Of a stretch of 64,000 nt of DNA, positions 1 through 12,490 are shown piece by piece (within the stretch, counting starts at the first letter, position 1; each line of letters opens with the position of its first letter). A model generated the notes under the pieces. That model did no database searches, was not told where the DNA came from, and saw only the letters and a list, made by a program, of their open reading frames with translations. Source of the DNA: Octopus sinensis (taxonomy: Eukaryota); NCBI RefSeq assembly GCF_006345805.1, contig NC_043001.1, forward strand, positions 45,198,001 to 45,262,000. The letters are read 5' to 3'. Both the position numbers and the translations under genes were made by a program.

Positions 1-214
1 TAGTTATTTTCTCTTTACCTGTCTACTTGCTTCTCTCATTCGATCTTAATGAACAATAACAATCTATATGTCGGAGAACATTGATTAACAATGTATTAAT
101 TGAACATGTTTTCTCTTATTGATGTGATGGTAAAGAGCATAGGGTATCAAAGAAAACAAGAAAATATGTAAGAAGTAATTTCTCTTTCCATGTTATACAA
201 ATACCATCAAATTG

Positions 215-665
215 GAAAAAGAAATGTTTCTAACATTGGTACAAGTTTTGAAATTAAGGTGGTGGTGGTGATGGTAAATCAATCAAATCAGCCTGAGTAT
301 TTGATTAGTACTTTATTTTACTGACCCCAAAGAAATGAAAAGCCAAGTTGTTCTCAGAGGGATTTGACCTCAGAACATAAAGAGACATAACAAAATACTA
401 TAGAATAATAATTTCTTCTAACTTTAGAAGGCCAGAAATTTTAAGAGGAGGTAGCAAGTTGATAACATCAATCTCATTACTTCATTGGTACATTATTTTA
501 TTGACTCTGAAAGGATGAAAGGCAAAATTGACCTTGGTGGGATTTGAACTCAGAATGTAGCAACAGGCCGAAACCAATAAAAGATAAATAAATAAATAAA
601 AAATGGGAGAAATGCTACTAAGCATTTTGTCTGGTGCTCTAATGATTCTGCCAGCTCACTGCCTT
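215..665 (-). mobile_element. Two adjacent decayed copies of a tRNA-type SINE (family with ...gagttcaaat.c..ccgaggtcaactttgcctttcatcctttc... core)
   Basis: The + strand shows the reverse complement of the family core twice (aaaggatgaaaggcaaaattgacc...gatttgaactcagaa; aaagaaatgaaaagccaagttgttctcagagggatttgacctcagaac). The same core is seen in sense orientation at 13.6k, 47.9k and 48.6k. Confidence 0.7.
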
Positions 666-1219
666 AAATAATATAAAATACTAACAACTAATATGTGTTC
701 ACATTGGACCAAAAAGAGAGTGCACTTAAACACACTCACAAAAAGGCTAAGAGTTTGGTTGAATATCTAAATGAAATTTCATCCAGTATTGAATAATTAA
801 TATCAGATTCCCACAGGAGGTATTCAGATACATTCTAACCCAGTTTTGCCTCATGTAACATGAATAAAAAAATAAGTAAATAAAAATAAAGTAAATAAAT
901 AAATGAATCAATAAAATTCACTATTTGGTAAAAAAAGGTTGTTAAAAGGGCAAATTTTACCTTTATTTACACAAATTAATGGGGTATATTATTTCTTAAG
1001 GTTTCTTCTTTTTCCCTTCTTATACTCCAACAAACACATATCCGCATACATATATACAAATAGAAATACATAGTATACTAAGATAGTCAATAGGTGCTGT
1101 TAACAGGGCATCTGTCCCATGCTAGTCTGGCAGTGTTTGGGCTGCTCCTGCAGGTGGTGAATATGATCAACATTAAACAAGTAATTTTGTTCCCAAAGAA
1201 AATTAGGTAGGTAGGCAGG

Positions 1220-1220
1220 T

Positions 1221-1262
<42 letters not shown>

Positions 1263-1287
1263 TGCGTGCGTGCGTGCGTGTGTGCAC
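1220..1287. repeat. (GT)n/(GCGT)n compound microsatellite
   Basis: Direct reading; explains the HT/TH-repeat ORFs at 1087-1415. Confidence 0.95.
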
Positions 1288-2149
1288 ACCCTTTGTCTAT
1301 CTTTGGCATCTATATGTGGGGCTATGGATCTGCACCTGGAAAGGTTTGCATTGATCTGTGTTGCTAGAGCAAGGTAAAATGATAGTGGACTGTATGAAAG
1401 ACCAATAACTGCCAATGCAACAGGTCTCCCTTTTCCATGCTACTGATGATTTTCATCAAGGGAAGACAAGTACCAATACAGTTTGGTATTGGTGTCATTA
1501 CAAGAGATGTCAAAACAAAGTTGACAATATGAGACTAGCTCGGGAACTCTAGTTTTTGATTTATAGTCACATAGATAGACCACAGTAAAATATAATTAGT
1601 GGTAAAAATCAAAGCAGACTTAGTGGGGTTTAAATGCAAAACTCAGATAGTTGGAACACATACAGCTAAGTATTTTGTACATATTCTTTACACTCAAAAT
1701 TCAAATCTCATGAAGGTCAAATTTGCTTTCCTATCCTTCCAGGACTGATAAAAGAAAAAGAAAATCAGGCTTTGTACCAAACAAGTGCAGGCATACCCCA
1801 GTTTGCCTTTTTTTTGAGTGATGTCATTTCTAATTTTACATCATTTTCAATGAATTTAATGGAAAAACAAAACTGCAGCTTCAGTCAATTTATCTGACTT
1901 TACGTCAAGCACAGCAAAAATATTTAAAAGAATAAAAAAAGCAACTAAAAACTAATAGTGAAGAGGAAAATCAAATACAATACATGTTAGAATATGCATA
2001 AAGCATTTATTAAAACAGATATGAGCTGATAAATGTTTCTCATATTACTTCATTTTTGAATTATGCTGCATGTCTTGGAACCAGTGACAAACATAAGTTG
2101 AAGCATGCTTGTACTAGGATCAAATTAATATGTGCATATATTATATTAT

Positions 2150-2477
2150 ACTGGCTCTCTGTTGGATATGACAATGAGTGTTCCAGTTGATCTGATCAAC
2201 AGAACAGCTAGCTTACTCTTGAAATTAACATGGAAGTGGCTGAATACTCCACAAATATGTATACCCTTAACGAAGCTCTCAGGGAGATCTAGCACGACAG
2301 AATGTGACAATGCTGGCCCTTTGAATTACAGGAGCAACTCATTTCTGCCAGCTGGGTGACCTGGAACCACTTGAAATAAAGTGTCTTGCTCAAGGACACA
2401 ATGCCCTGTTAGGAATTGAACTCACAATGTGACGATCGTGAGCTAAATGCCCTAACTTCTAAGTCACATGCCTTCAT
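2150..2477 (-). mobile_element. tRNA-derived SINE (second family), near full length
   Basis: The minus strand begins tgaaggcatgtgacttagaagttagggcatt...gtgagttcaattcc (Pol III box A/box B-like), followed by gtgtccttgagcaagacactttatttc...gtaattcaaagggccagc. A related copy lies in + orientation at ~4645-4945. Confidence 0.7.
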
Positions 2478-2611
2478 GACATATATACATGTGCATGTGT
2501 ATATGTTATACTAAAGATATAACTATGCTTAAATTTGATCTTTTCTTTTTGTTAAGGAGTTTTTATATTTACTTCCTTGTAAGTTTATTTGTTTAGTTTG
2601 GAACCTGAAGT

Positions 2612-3590
2612 TTTATCATAGTCCTCCAGTCAATAACGGAGGGATTCAAGGCAGGATGCCCTTGGGAGCTCCTCTATGCCGATGACCTTGCTCTTATAGC
2701 TTAATCACTACCTAAGTTAGAGACAAAATTCCAGATATGGAAACAAAGTCTAGAATCAAAGGGCCTTAGAGTTAACCTAGCAAAAACCAAAGTCATAGTA
2801 AGTAGAAAGGCAAACATATCATAAATCCACTCGGGTAGATGGTCCTGCTCAATCTGTAGAAAAGGTGTAGGCAGAAACTCCAAAAGATGCATTCAGTGTA
2901 AGCTTTGGACACACAAAACGTGCAGCAACAAAGGAAGGTTAACAGAGAAACTAACTTTTGTATGTGGAAGGTGCACAGGTATAATAAATGGTGAACATGT
3001 GTGGAAAATAGACTCCATCAACTACCAGGGTGGCAAGCTAGAAGTAGTAGATAACTTCCAGTATTTAGGTGACCAGGTTAGTAGTGGAGTTGGTTGTTCT
3101 GAGAGCGTAGCTGTGAGAATGAGATTAGGCTGGGCAAAGTTCAGAGAGCTCCTACCTCAGCTGGCAACAAAGGGCATCTCTCTCGGAGTGAAAGGCAGAT
3201 TGTTTGATGCCTGCAGCTATGCTGCGTGGCAGTGAAACATGGGCTATAACAGCCAAGGACATGTATAGGCTTGAGAGAAGGGAAGGCAGTATGCTTCACT
3301 GGATGTGCAATGATAGAGTGTAAGCATCTTGAGAGAAAAGTTAGGCATAAGAGGCATCAGATGTGGTGTGCAAGAGAGACGACTGCACTGGTATGGTCAT
3401 GTGATGTGTATGGACGAGGACAGTTGTGTAAAGAAGTGCTGACCTCTAACTGTGGAGGGGACCTGTGGTAGAGGTAAACCCAGGAAGACATGGGATGAGG
3501 CGGTGAAGCATGACTTCGAACATTGAACCTCACAGAGGCAAAGACAAGGGACCAAGACCTTTGGTGACATGCTCTGCTTAATAGGACCCA
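2612..3590 (+). mobile_element. RTE-clade LINE (family RTE-1), 5'-truncated, degenerate reverse transcriptase C-terminal half
   Basis: Translates FIIVLQSITEGFKAGCPWELLYADDLALIA (YADD at 2675-2686), then KGLRVNLAKTKV, GRWSCSICRKGVGRN, KLEVVDNFQYLGDQVSSG, WAKFRELLP, a decayed LHWYGHV and GRGKPRKTWDEAVKHD. In-frame stops and frameshifts are present. Confidence 0.92.
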
Positions 3591-3657
3591 TGAAACCAAG
3601 TGCACCTGTGCTGGTGGCATGTAAAAAGCAAATCAACCTTTGAATGTCAGGCCTCAC

Positions 3658-3870
3658 GGAGGCAAAGAGGCTGAGTACCTTTCAGGTGTTGGGCATGAAG
3701 GAGGTAAAGCGACTGAGTTTCTTTCAAATGTTGGGCCTCCTAGAGGCAAAGTGGCTGAGTTCCTTTTGAGCATTGGGCCTCATGGAGGTGAGGTGGCTGA
3801 GTTCCTTTTGAGCATTGGGCCTCATGGAGCAAAGTGGCTGAGTTCCTTTCAAGTGTTGGGCCTCATGGAG
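3658..3870 (+). repeat. 42-bp minisatellite (5 units plus a partial) in the RTE-1 3' region
   Basis: Unit is approximately ggaggcaaagtggctgagttcctttcgagtgttgggcctcat, in five successive imperfect copies. Because 42 bp = 14 codons, it yields the repetitive ORF 3640-4143. Confidence 0.9.
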
Positions 3871-4157
3871 GCAATGACCAAGACCTTTGGCATTATGTCA
3901 TGCTTGAGAAGACCCTTCAAACTAAGCAAAATTGTGGTCATGGCAGATAGTGGTGTTACACAAATGGCACCTGTGCTGGTGGCATGTAAAAGCACCCATT
4001 ACACTCTCAGAGTAGTTGGTGTTAGGAAGGGCATCCAGCCATTTCAGATGCCAAATCAGACTGGATCCTGGTGCAGCCTTCCAGCGTGCCAGCCTAGTCA
4101 AACCATCCAACCTATGCCAGCATGGACAACAGACGTTAAATGATGATGATGATGATG
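3871..4157 (+). mobile_element. RTE-1 3' UTR ending in (TGA)n tail
   Basis: cacctgtgctggtggcatgtaaaagcaccc...ggaagggcatccagc...ccatccaacctatgccagcatggacaacagacgttaaa(tga)n. The same UTR follows the second RTE-1 copy at 53.1-54.2k. Confidence 0.8.
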
Positions 4158-5179
4158 AATATTGATTTTCCCATTATTGTCTGAAGACTTTCACTATATC
4201 ACCAATATAATAAAGTGATGGTAAAAATGTGGTTCACACACCTTGCAGTAGGTGAGAAAGGATCATGGGAATAAATGGTGTGTGTATGTGTGTGTGTGAA
4301 TTTATATGTAAAATGCCTATTTACTTTTTAGTTTAAACTTTTTTTTGTGTGTTTAAAAATTAAATACTTTAATAAAAACAAGAAAACCTGGTTAAAACTG
4401 AAGTGGGCTTAGTGTAGATTTACAAGTGATAAGATACATTGAAAAGTTTCTGCTTAATATAGTTAAGAGAGTTGGGGATGGTTGTAATACAGCAAAGTAG
4501 TTAGGTACCCCAGGTTACTGACAATAGAGAATAAATCACAGAAAATTACAGAATTTATTTGTGGTTGTGTACATTTAAAATATATCAATTCTCGGTTTCC
4601 CTCTCTCTCCCATATATACACACACACACACACACAACAACAACACGGAAATGGCTGAATGATTAAGAAGTTCACTTCACCAGCACAGACTTCTTGGATT
4701 TGATCCACAGCATGACATCTTTGACTCAAGCCGTCTAAGTGAAATAAGGTAGACAGAAACTATTTGAAAGCTTGTTTAATGGATTAAACTCGTAATTCAA
4801 AGGCCTGCCTTCTTACATTTTCACACTGATTCTCTCAGAAAATTATGTTATGGGTACAATGTCTCTGTGAAGTACTCAGTCCTTCACACTCTAATTCAAT
4901 GGATAGGCCATTCATTTGATCAGAAAATTGGAACAGTCATTGTCAAAACTGACAGATTTTATATATATATATAGTGTGTGAGTCGTCTGAGAGACTGTAA
5001 GTTAGGAAAATATGGACTCGCTTGTATGACTGTCAGAAGAGCGGGTATATTATCCAAAGTGTACAGTATTATATATCCATTACAGCCAATCTTACCAATT
5101 GGTTTTGCACCAGGGATTCAAAGGATTGTTACTTAATGCTCCATTGAATACCTGGCACGAAACCAATTGGCAAGATTGG

Positions 5180-5232
<53 letters not shown>

Positions 5233-5235
<3 letters not shown>

Positions 5236-5700
5236 CATAGCTGTGTGGTAAGGAGCTTGCCTTCAAACCATATGGGTTTGGGTTTAGTGCCAATGTATGG
5301 CACCTTGGGCAAGTGCCTTTTACTATAGCCCTAGGCTGACCAAAACCATGTGAGTGGATTTGGTAGGCAGAAACTAAAAGAAGCCCATCATGTGTGCATG
5401 TATATATGTGAAAGAGAGAAATAGAGAGAGTGAGAAAAAGAGAGAGAGGGAGAGAGAAAGAGAGAGAGTGTGTGTGTGTGGGTGTATGTGTGTGTGTGCA
5501 CATGCATGTATGACATGTGAAAGGGAGATAGTGTGTGCATTTTTGTTTACAACTAAAAACCATTGTTGTCTATAGTGTGTCCTTTATGCCCAATAACTTA
5601 ACAGTGCAACAAATAAAGATCAATAAAATGAATACCCAACAAAAATAAGGATTATACTTGACTAAAAACACTTGCTCTAGCATGGCCTCAGTACAATGAC
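5233..5700 (+). mobile_element. tRNA-derived SINE (most abundant family: ...gtggctgtgtggtaag...gcaccttgggcaagtgtcttctactatagcc...gtgagtggatttggtag...)
   Basis: Head ggcatagctgtgtggtaaggagcttgc...accttgggcaagtgccttttactatagccc...gtgagtggatttggtaggcagaaactaaaagaagccc, followed by a microsatellite-containing body. Confidence 0.85.
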
Positions 5701-6054
5701 CGATACCAGTAAAAAGATAGAAAAGTAAGAGAAAATAAGATATTTTTTGACTTCAAGCAGTGTACCCTTATTTCTTCTAACATTTTTATATCTTTAAATT
5801 TATTATTAGCAGCAGTGTGTCACCAAAGGCTGGTGCTCAGATTTGTTTAATAATGGCCCCATTCCTAGCAGTAACATCTGTTAATTCATCCCTAGGGTAT
5901 CCTTTAATGGCAGTTAGGCAAGCCTTGTAGTGTAAAAAACAGATTTGTTTTTTTTGTGTCAGTTTTTTTATTTTAAATATCAGAATATGAAGAAGACATT
6001 ACAGACAAGAAATATCAACCATCCGAATCAACCATTACTCACTGAGGTTACAAA

Positions 6055-6270
6055 GGAGCTTCCATACAGTCACTCATTTAACCTGCTAGAAACAGCAGCT
6101 AAAACTTGCTCAAAATACATCTAGCCATCTTAAATAAAGAAAAGATGCATTAAATAATGTAGAATTATTTTAAACTAAAGACAGATTGGTCATGGCTGGA
6201 ATGTCTTGGATCAAAAAACTGTTTGATCAGAGTAAACTTGTGGCTAAATAACAACAAAGACAACAATAAT
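6055..6270 (+). mobile_element. Short interspersed repeat with ...ctagaaatagcagccaaatctcc...ggataatgtagtcctagata...gggctaaacaacaac tail
   Basis: The same motif order recurs at ~10.0k, 35.4k, 42.5k, 44.15k, 49.6k, 49.9k, 56.9k and 57.3k within this window. Confidence 0.65.
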
Positions 6271-9200
6271 CCTCTTAATACATTTCTTTTTATGTATGTA
6301 TTTGTATTTAATATAAGGTCTGAAACATCAATTGATTAGTGATTTATTTAAACTACACCTCCTCCTTTATGATTATATAAATTTGTGTGGTTTTAAGGAG
6401 ACCCAGATCATTGATTAATTATTATTAATTATAAATAATAAGAGATTAACTTAAATTATGTTGTCAGAACAAGATAAATAAAATTCATAATACAACAAAG
6501 TAACAACGCCTTCCTGAATGAAAAAAATTAGTGTTTGTGATTGCGGTTTAGAAACCTAGATCAGCAGTGATCCAATATGTGATTGGGTTAAACGGAAAAA
6601 AATTTTTTCTTTTTGTGGCTGAAACAATATATTGAACAATGGGATGTTCCTTTACAGATTTCTGTTGTGTCTGAATCAGAACAGTTGAAACCTTTAAGAT
6701 CCAAGAAGTTTCTCATGCAAGGTGGCCTAGTTTACTACTGTAAATAGTAATACTGCCGCTTAGCTTACAGTGTTGAATTCAATTTCTCCTGCTGGGAAAG
6801 CTAACTGCAATGTACCATGTCCTATCCAAGGGAAGATATACACCTCTCATTCACTTTATGCCCTGAGGAACTTGAGATAAGCACCGGCTCCCCAGCCCCT
6901 TGTGATTAACAAAAAACATAGACATGTCTGTGCGTGTTTTTAAGTATACAGTTTCAGAACATAGGGTACACTATTGTATGTGAAGTGGTTTCAGCCCTTG
7001 TGATATGATTGTTCATTATTCTTCTCTTAAATAATTATTGTTGTTGTTAAGTGAACAGTGATTGAGCAGACTAATGATCAAAGGAATTCTAGCCATAAAC
7101 ATCCTGCTTTTTCTTTTTTAAAGGTGTATAGGATTACATTATCTGATGTACTTGATCTAACATGGTAAAGTGTGATTTGAGGGAAAATTGGTTGTTTTTT
7201 CCAGTAAGAAGACTGGCAATATATGTTTTATTGTATTTTATATGAAAATGTTCAGCAATTAATTAAAAAAAGAAAAAAAATATATACATTTATACATAGG
7301 TTTAATAGTCATGCTGCATGGTGATATGATACCCTGCTTGTTTAAGTAATTTGATATCTTCTAATACTGTTTGCTTTACAGAAAAGAAAAAAACATCACG
7401 AACCCCCACCCTGAGTATATAGTACAAGACAAAGGTAAAAGGGCTATTTAAAATAATATATAAATTTACAGACAGTAAAAAACAAACTTTAAAAAGACAT
7501 TTTCAAAAAAAAAGCAAAGAAAACAAAATAGAAATTGTGACAAACTAGGTATGAACTTATTTTATCTCTATGAATAATATAGATTAGTCAGAGAATTAAC
7601 TTCATCTTTTGTGTTATCTACATTTACCTTTTGACCTGATTTAATCACAGATCATCAAATATAACACACACACACACTAGTGTGAACATGTGAATTTAGC
7701 AATGACACTGGATTTTCATTTTGGTGATTAATTTGTGTGTGTGTGTGTGTGTGTGTATTGTATGTGATGAACTCTCTCTGATTCCAACATATACATGTCC
7801 AGTTGTTTGATTAACTGAACAACTTTCTTATTGAATTAAAGTGCAAAGTGGCAGACCATTCCACAGATATGTATATCTCATGAAAATCGCAAATAGAATC
7901 AGTATGACGTACTGCGGATCTGTGAAGTTGACGTATGAGTACATTCTATCAAACACACTTCTATACACTTTCTAGCAACCCAAATTTACTCAGAAGGCTA
8001 TAGTTAATCCAAGGCTATGACAAAAGCACTCGCCCAACATAACACAACAGGGTTGAACCTGGGACTGTAACATTGTGAAGCGAACTTCTTAACCATTCAG
8101 CTAGTCATGCTTGTCTCCCCACCCCCACCCATATAATATATGTAAGGGCAGACATGGCTGTGTGGTTAAGAAGTTTACTTCACATTCATGGGAATTCATG
8201 TTCAATCACACTGCTCGGCACCTTAAGTGTCTCCTACTAGAGCTTAAATGGATAAATCTTATTTTAGCATGCAAATATACAACTGTAAAATGTGGGGTTG
8301 GGTGAAAGCCTAAAAAAAAATCCCTTGAAGTGAAGACAGTAAAAGAGTAAAGAAATGTCAGTAAATTCTGCATGGCTTTATTAACACATTGTGAATCATA
8401 CATCACAGGCATCAATGTTTATTTTACTTTCAAGTGATGTATTAAGTGCTGCAGATACAGCAACTGAAGTACACTGCTTCAAACTCATATCTCCAGCAAA
8501 AAATAATTAAGTTTCACATGTTGGATTTGATAGAACATGAAGTTGTTAATCACCTTCAGTTTTGAGAATCTAAATGATTACATGTATATATATTTTATAC
8601 ATATGTATGAATATCATATCTATTACAGATAAAAAAAATATAAAAAAAGCACAGACATCATTTGCAAGTGAATATTACTTGACAGTATTACACTTTCACT
8701 AACTGTTTTAGGTACCAATGTCATCATGAATAGATATATGTACCCTCACTGTTCTCCCATAAGTGACCCAACAGTACATTGAGGATATGATAGCCAGAGG
8801 AAGAGGGCTGCACCAGCACTTAGCTGAGGAAACTGGAATATGCAATATGAAGTGTCATGCTCAAAGATACAACAAACTGCCCAGTGGAAATTGAAACCAC
8901 TGTGAAGCCAACATCCTAACTGTGCCCTCACATATATATTATATGTATGTGTTATATGTATATATTCATCATCATCATTTTAACATCTACTTTTCCATGG
9001 GTTGAACAGAATTTGTTGAGATGGATTTTCTAGAGCCAGATGCCATTCTTGCTGCTCCCTGAAAGGGACCCTCATGATCTGAAGCCTTCACAAAACATCT
9101 AATCGCTAAACCAGTCACCCAAGATATTTTTACTATCATTCAGAACTTAAATGTAGTTTCATAGATTTGCACACAGTGATAAACCTGTTTCAAACTGATT

Positions 9201-11890
9201 TAATCAGCCTCAATGTATGCTGGGTAGTTTACTGAATTGGTCCCAGAAGAATGTAAGGTGAAATCAACCTTGATGGTATCTGAACTCAGAACTTCTACCA
9301 TTCCACTATTTTCATTTCAGAATTTAGTGATTTCTTAGACTAGCCAGAAAGTATACATTTTTAGGGGAGGAACATAGTAAGCTAAATTCCAATCCATGCT
9401 TGATGCTTATTTTTATGAATGCCAAATAATGCAAGGCAAATTGACCCTAGATGAGCTTGAACCTGAAAACTATTATGTATTTAGCCTGGATTAATGCTGT
9501 TTTGCTACTGCATTTCTACTAAGGTTATGCTGACATTTTAAAAGTTTTATTTTCTGTGTTCTGACATTCAAGTCTAGAAAATTGCAGGTAATATTTCATA
9601 TTACCAGATATACACAATATTTCAGTTGTAGGCAGGAGAAAAAAATCTGATTCATTAATTTATTAATAAATTAATAAGTTAACACAGAATCTGAGGTTAT
9701 CAGACAAGATATTTCTTTTAGCTGCTTCATGATTGAGAGATCAACATAGCCTTTTATCTCTTCACACTTGATAAAGTAAACAATTATTTCTATAACTAAA
9801 CAAAGATAAATGAGATAAATTTTCTTTTTAAGTAGGACAAATGGTCTAATGCATCCAGTTTTCTCAGTAGGAGGAACTGAAATTGGACACTGCAGGCCAA
9901 TAATCACTCATCAATTCCTCTGTGCTACTGTTGCTTACTGCAATGAAGTGTACCATCTATGAACCAATGAGAAGAATCTAAAAATCATTACTAAGTATAC
10001 AAGTCAATAATAAGAGTGTTTCCAAGCAGTCACTAGACATGCTAGAAAGAACTGCCAAGTCTCCCTCAAATCACATCTTACCATCTTAAAAAAAAAAAGA
10101 GAAAAGAAGAGACAATCAATAATCTTGCCTTAGATACATTATGTCTGAATAAAATTAGGATGATCACAGCTGGTACATTTTTGATCAGAAGACTGATCAA
10201 TCTAATCTGATATAAAGCTAAACGACAGGTGAACTCAACCACCAAGAACTAAGTATAAGGCCAAGGACATATGTAATATCAGTGATAAGATAGAACGCTA
10301 TTAATGAATTTCATGACAGGTTAACTGATCTCCTGACAAATCATTCAGCTATACCAAGCTCTCATTACTATAACTTGGTTCTTCTGAAACCCTAATAAGA
10401 GACAGTATAAACATAACTGGATCCATCAATTACAACCTAAGTGCTGTTACTCTCTCAGGTGTATTCTCAAATCTATAAGGAGCATATTAATGTAACTTTA
10501 TGAATGGATATGGAATGGGTAAAGGAGTTTGTTATTTTTCTACTGAAAAAATATTTTTCATTGAACAACAAAAAAAAAAGCAACAATAAAAAGAAATTTT
10601 TCTGAACTCACTACCAGCCCACTACCCAGCTATACATACAAACCACTTTCACTCATACAAATACAAACTCACTAACACACACATTACTCATGTATAAACA
10701 CACATAAATGAAAGTATATTCTCTCTCCCCTCCTCCTCTCTCTCTCTCTCTCTCTCTCTCTCGTGCACACACACACAAACACACAGAAATAATTGGTGTA
10801 TCTGAAGAAAACATTAGGTTCTAAGTTGCTTTCAATCCAAAATACGCAATAATAGTCCCACACGTGTTGTAGATTAATAGTAGTTCAATTACACTTTAGT
10901 CAGTACAGATAGTTTTAGTTTTAACAAATACTAACAACTACTTCCACATACACCTACCAATAAATATCATTACAATTACTACTACTACTACTACTATCAT
11001 TACCACCACCATCACTGCTACTGTAATCAATCACCACTAGTACTATAATTATCAACACCACTACTACTATTAGTAACAGTAGTAGTGGTGTTGATAATGT
11101 TAATACTACTGATGATTGATAATCATAGTAGTAGTAGTAGTAGATAATAGTGAAAGTGACAGTTCAAATGGTCATGCAGTTTGATAGAATATGCAAGCTT
11201 CTATACTACATAAAGAGATAACCAAAAAGGATAATGAAAGTATATAACCAGTGAATATTTTCCTCTCAGGCCAGTTATAAGTGTCTTACATATGAACTTC
11301 TCTCTCTCTCTCTTTGCACATACTCACATATAGATATACATATTTATACACTTGCTTACATAAGTAGAACAGACAGACTGACATACACAAATCTGTGGCT
11401 AGGATTTACAGTTGATAACAAATAAATATAGTGGTGATCAATGTCTGGGAATGAGACCAGCTTACATACATATATGTACACACATATAGTCAGACATATA
11501 AAAAGATTAATGTTTGCGTTTTTTACTCTACATTTATATGTGAAAGGACAAGTGGTACAGAGTAAGGAATCAATAACTTGGTACAAGCGTGTGATCAGCT
11601 AATACATGTATGTATATAAATGAATGTGTATGGATATGTGTATGCACATCTGAGTGTATGTGTGCTGGTGTATATTTATGCTATATATAAATATAAACAC
11701 ATGCACGCACTTTCAGACAGTTATGTATAGAGCAAAGAAGAAAAAAAGATTATTTTCACTGTAAATGAGATGATCATGATCATCATAATTTAATGTCCAT
11801 TTTCCATGGATTGGACAGCAATAATAAATTAGTAAGTAATTCCTGAGAGAAAGATCCCGTTCTTAGTTTAACCAAGTACGACAGAATACA

Positions 11891-11893
<3 letters not shown>

Positions 11894-11952
<59 letters not shown>

Positions 11953-12000
11953 TGAGAGAGAGAGAGAGAGAGGGATAGTGTGTGTGTGTGTGTGTGTGTA
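11894..12000. repeat. Compound (GT)n(GA)n(GT)n microsatellite
   Basis: Direct reading. Confidence 0.95.
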
Positions 12001-12289
12001 TTAAATGAGAACATTTGTAGAATGAGTGAAAGTGAGAAAAAAAGATAAAAATGTACAACTCACCTATATAGTGCTTCTATCAACTGTTGCATGGTCTATC
12101 ATCAATAACAGATAATACCCATTGCTTTAACTTCATAACTGATTCAACAGCACAACTACTACTACTATTACCACCACTACTACTATACGATATACTCTCC
12201 AACTGGTTGTAAAAGTTAAGGTTAAGAAGAAGACAAACCAATAACAACAGCACTAGCAGCAGCAACAACAAAACAGTAATCTGGTAGGT

Positions 12290-12490
12290 CCCATGAGTGT
12301 GTGTACAGAGAAGTTCCTTACAGCATAGGGGTGGAGTGAGATGAGGGAGAGAGGTGATGTTGCTTTCAACCAAAGCAGCTCCCTGTATTTGTTCTTGTGG
12401 GAGAGGACTGTCAGAGAGTGGAGTGGGTCAGTCAACAACTGCAGAAACACAGAGATCTTCTGGTTTGTTGATCCGACTGACAGTAGTATT
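12290..12490 (-). mobile_element. Probable CR1/L2-like LINE 3' remnant
   Basis: Minus-strand translation ...LQLLTDPLHSLTVLSHKNKYRELL...SLSLHPYAVR... loosely follows the CR1/L2 RT C-terminus (LQPLSHRR...SEL...HPYxV). Heavily decayed. Confidence 0.35.

Noticed and set aside
1087-1415. HT/TH-repeat ORFs here and similar ORFs at 5129-5575, 11783-12058, 31830-32063, 37200-37580, 50875-51093 and 56397-56627
   Set aside because: These are translations of (CA/GT/GA/TA)n microsatellites, with no domain content or splice context.
3658-3870. Regular repeat array as a possible CRISPR
   Set aside because: The units are contiguous with no unique spacers, the context is eukaryotic and there are no cas genes.
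5233-5310. tRNA-like heads of SINEs as tRNA genes
   Set aside because: Box A/B-like motifs continue into SINE bodies and no complete cloverleaf can be drawn.
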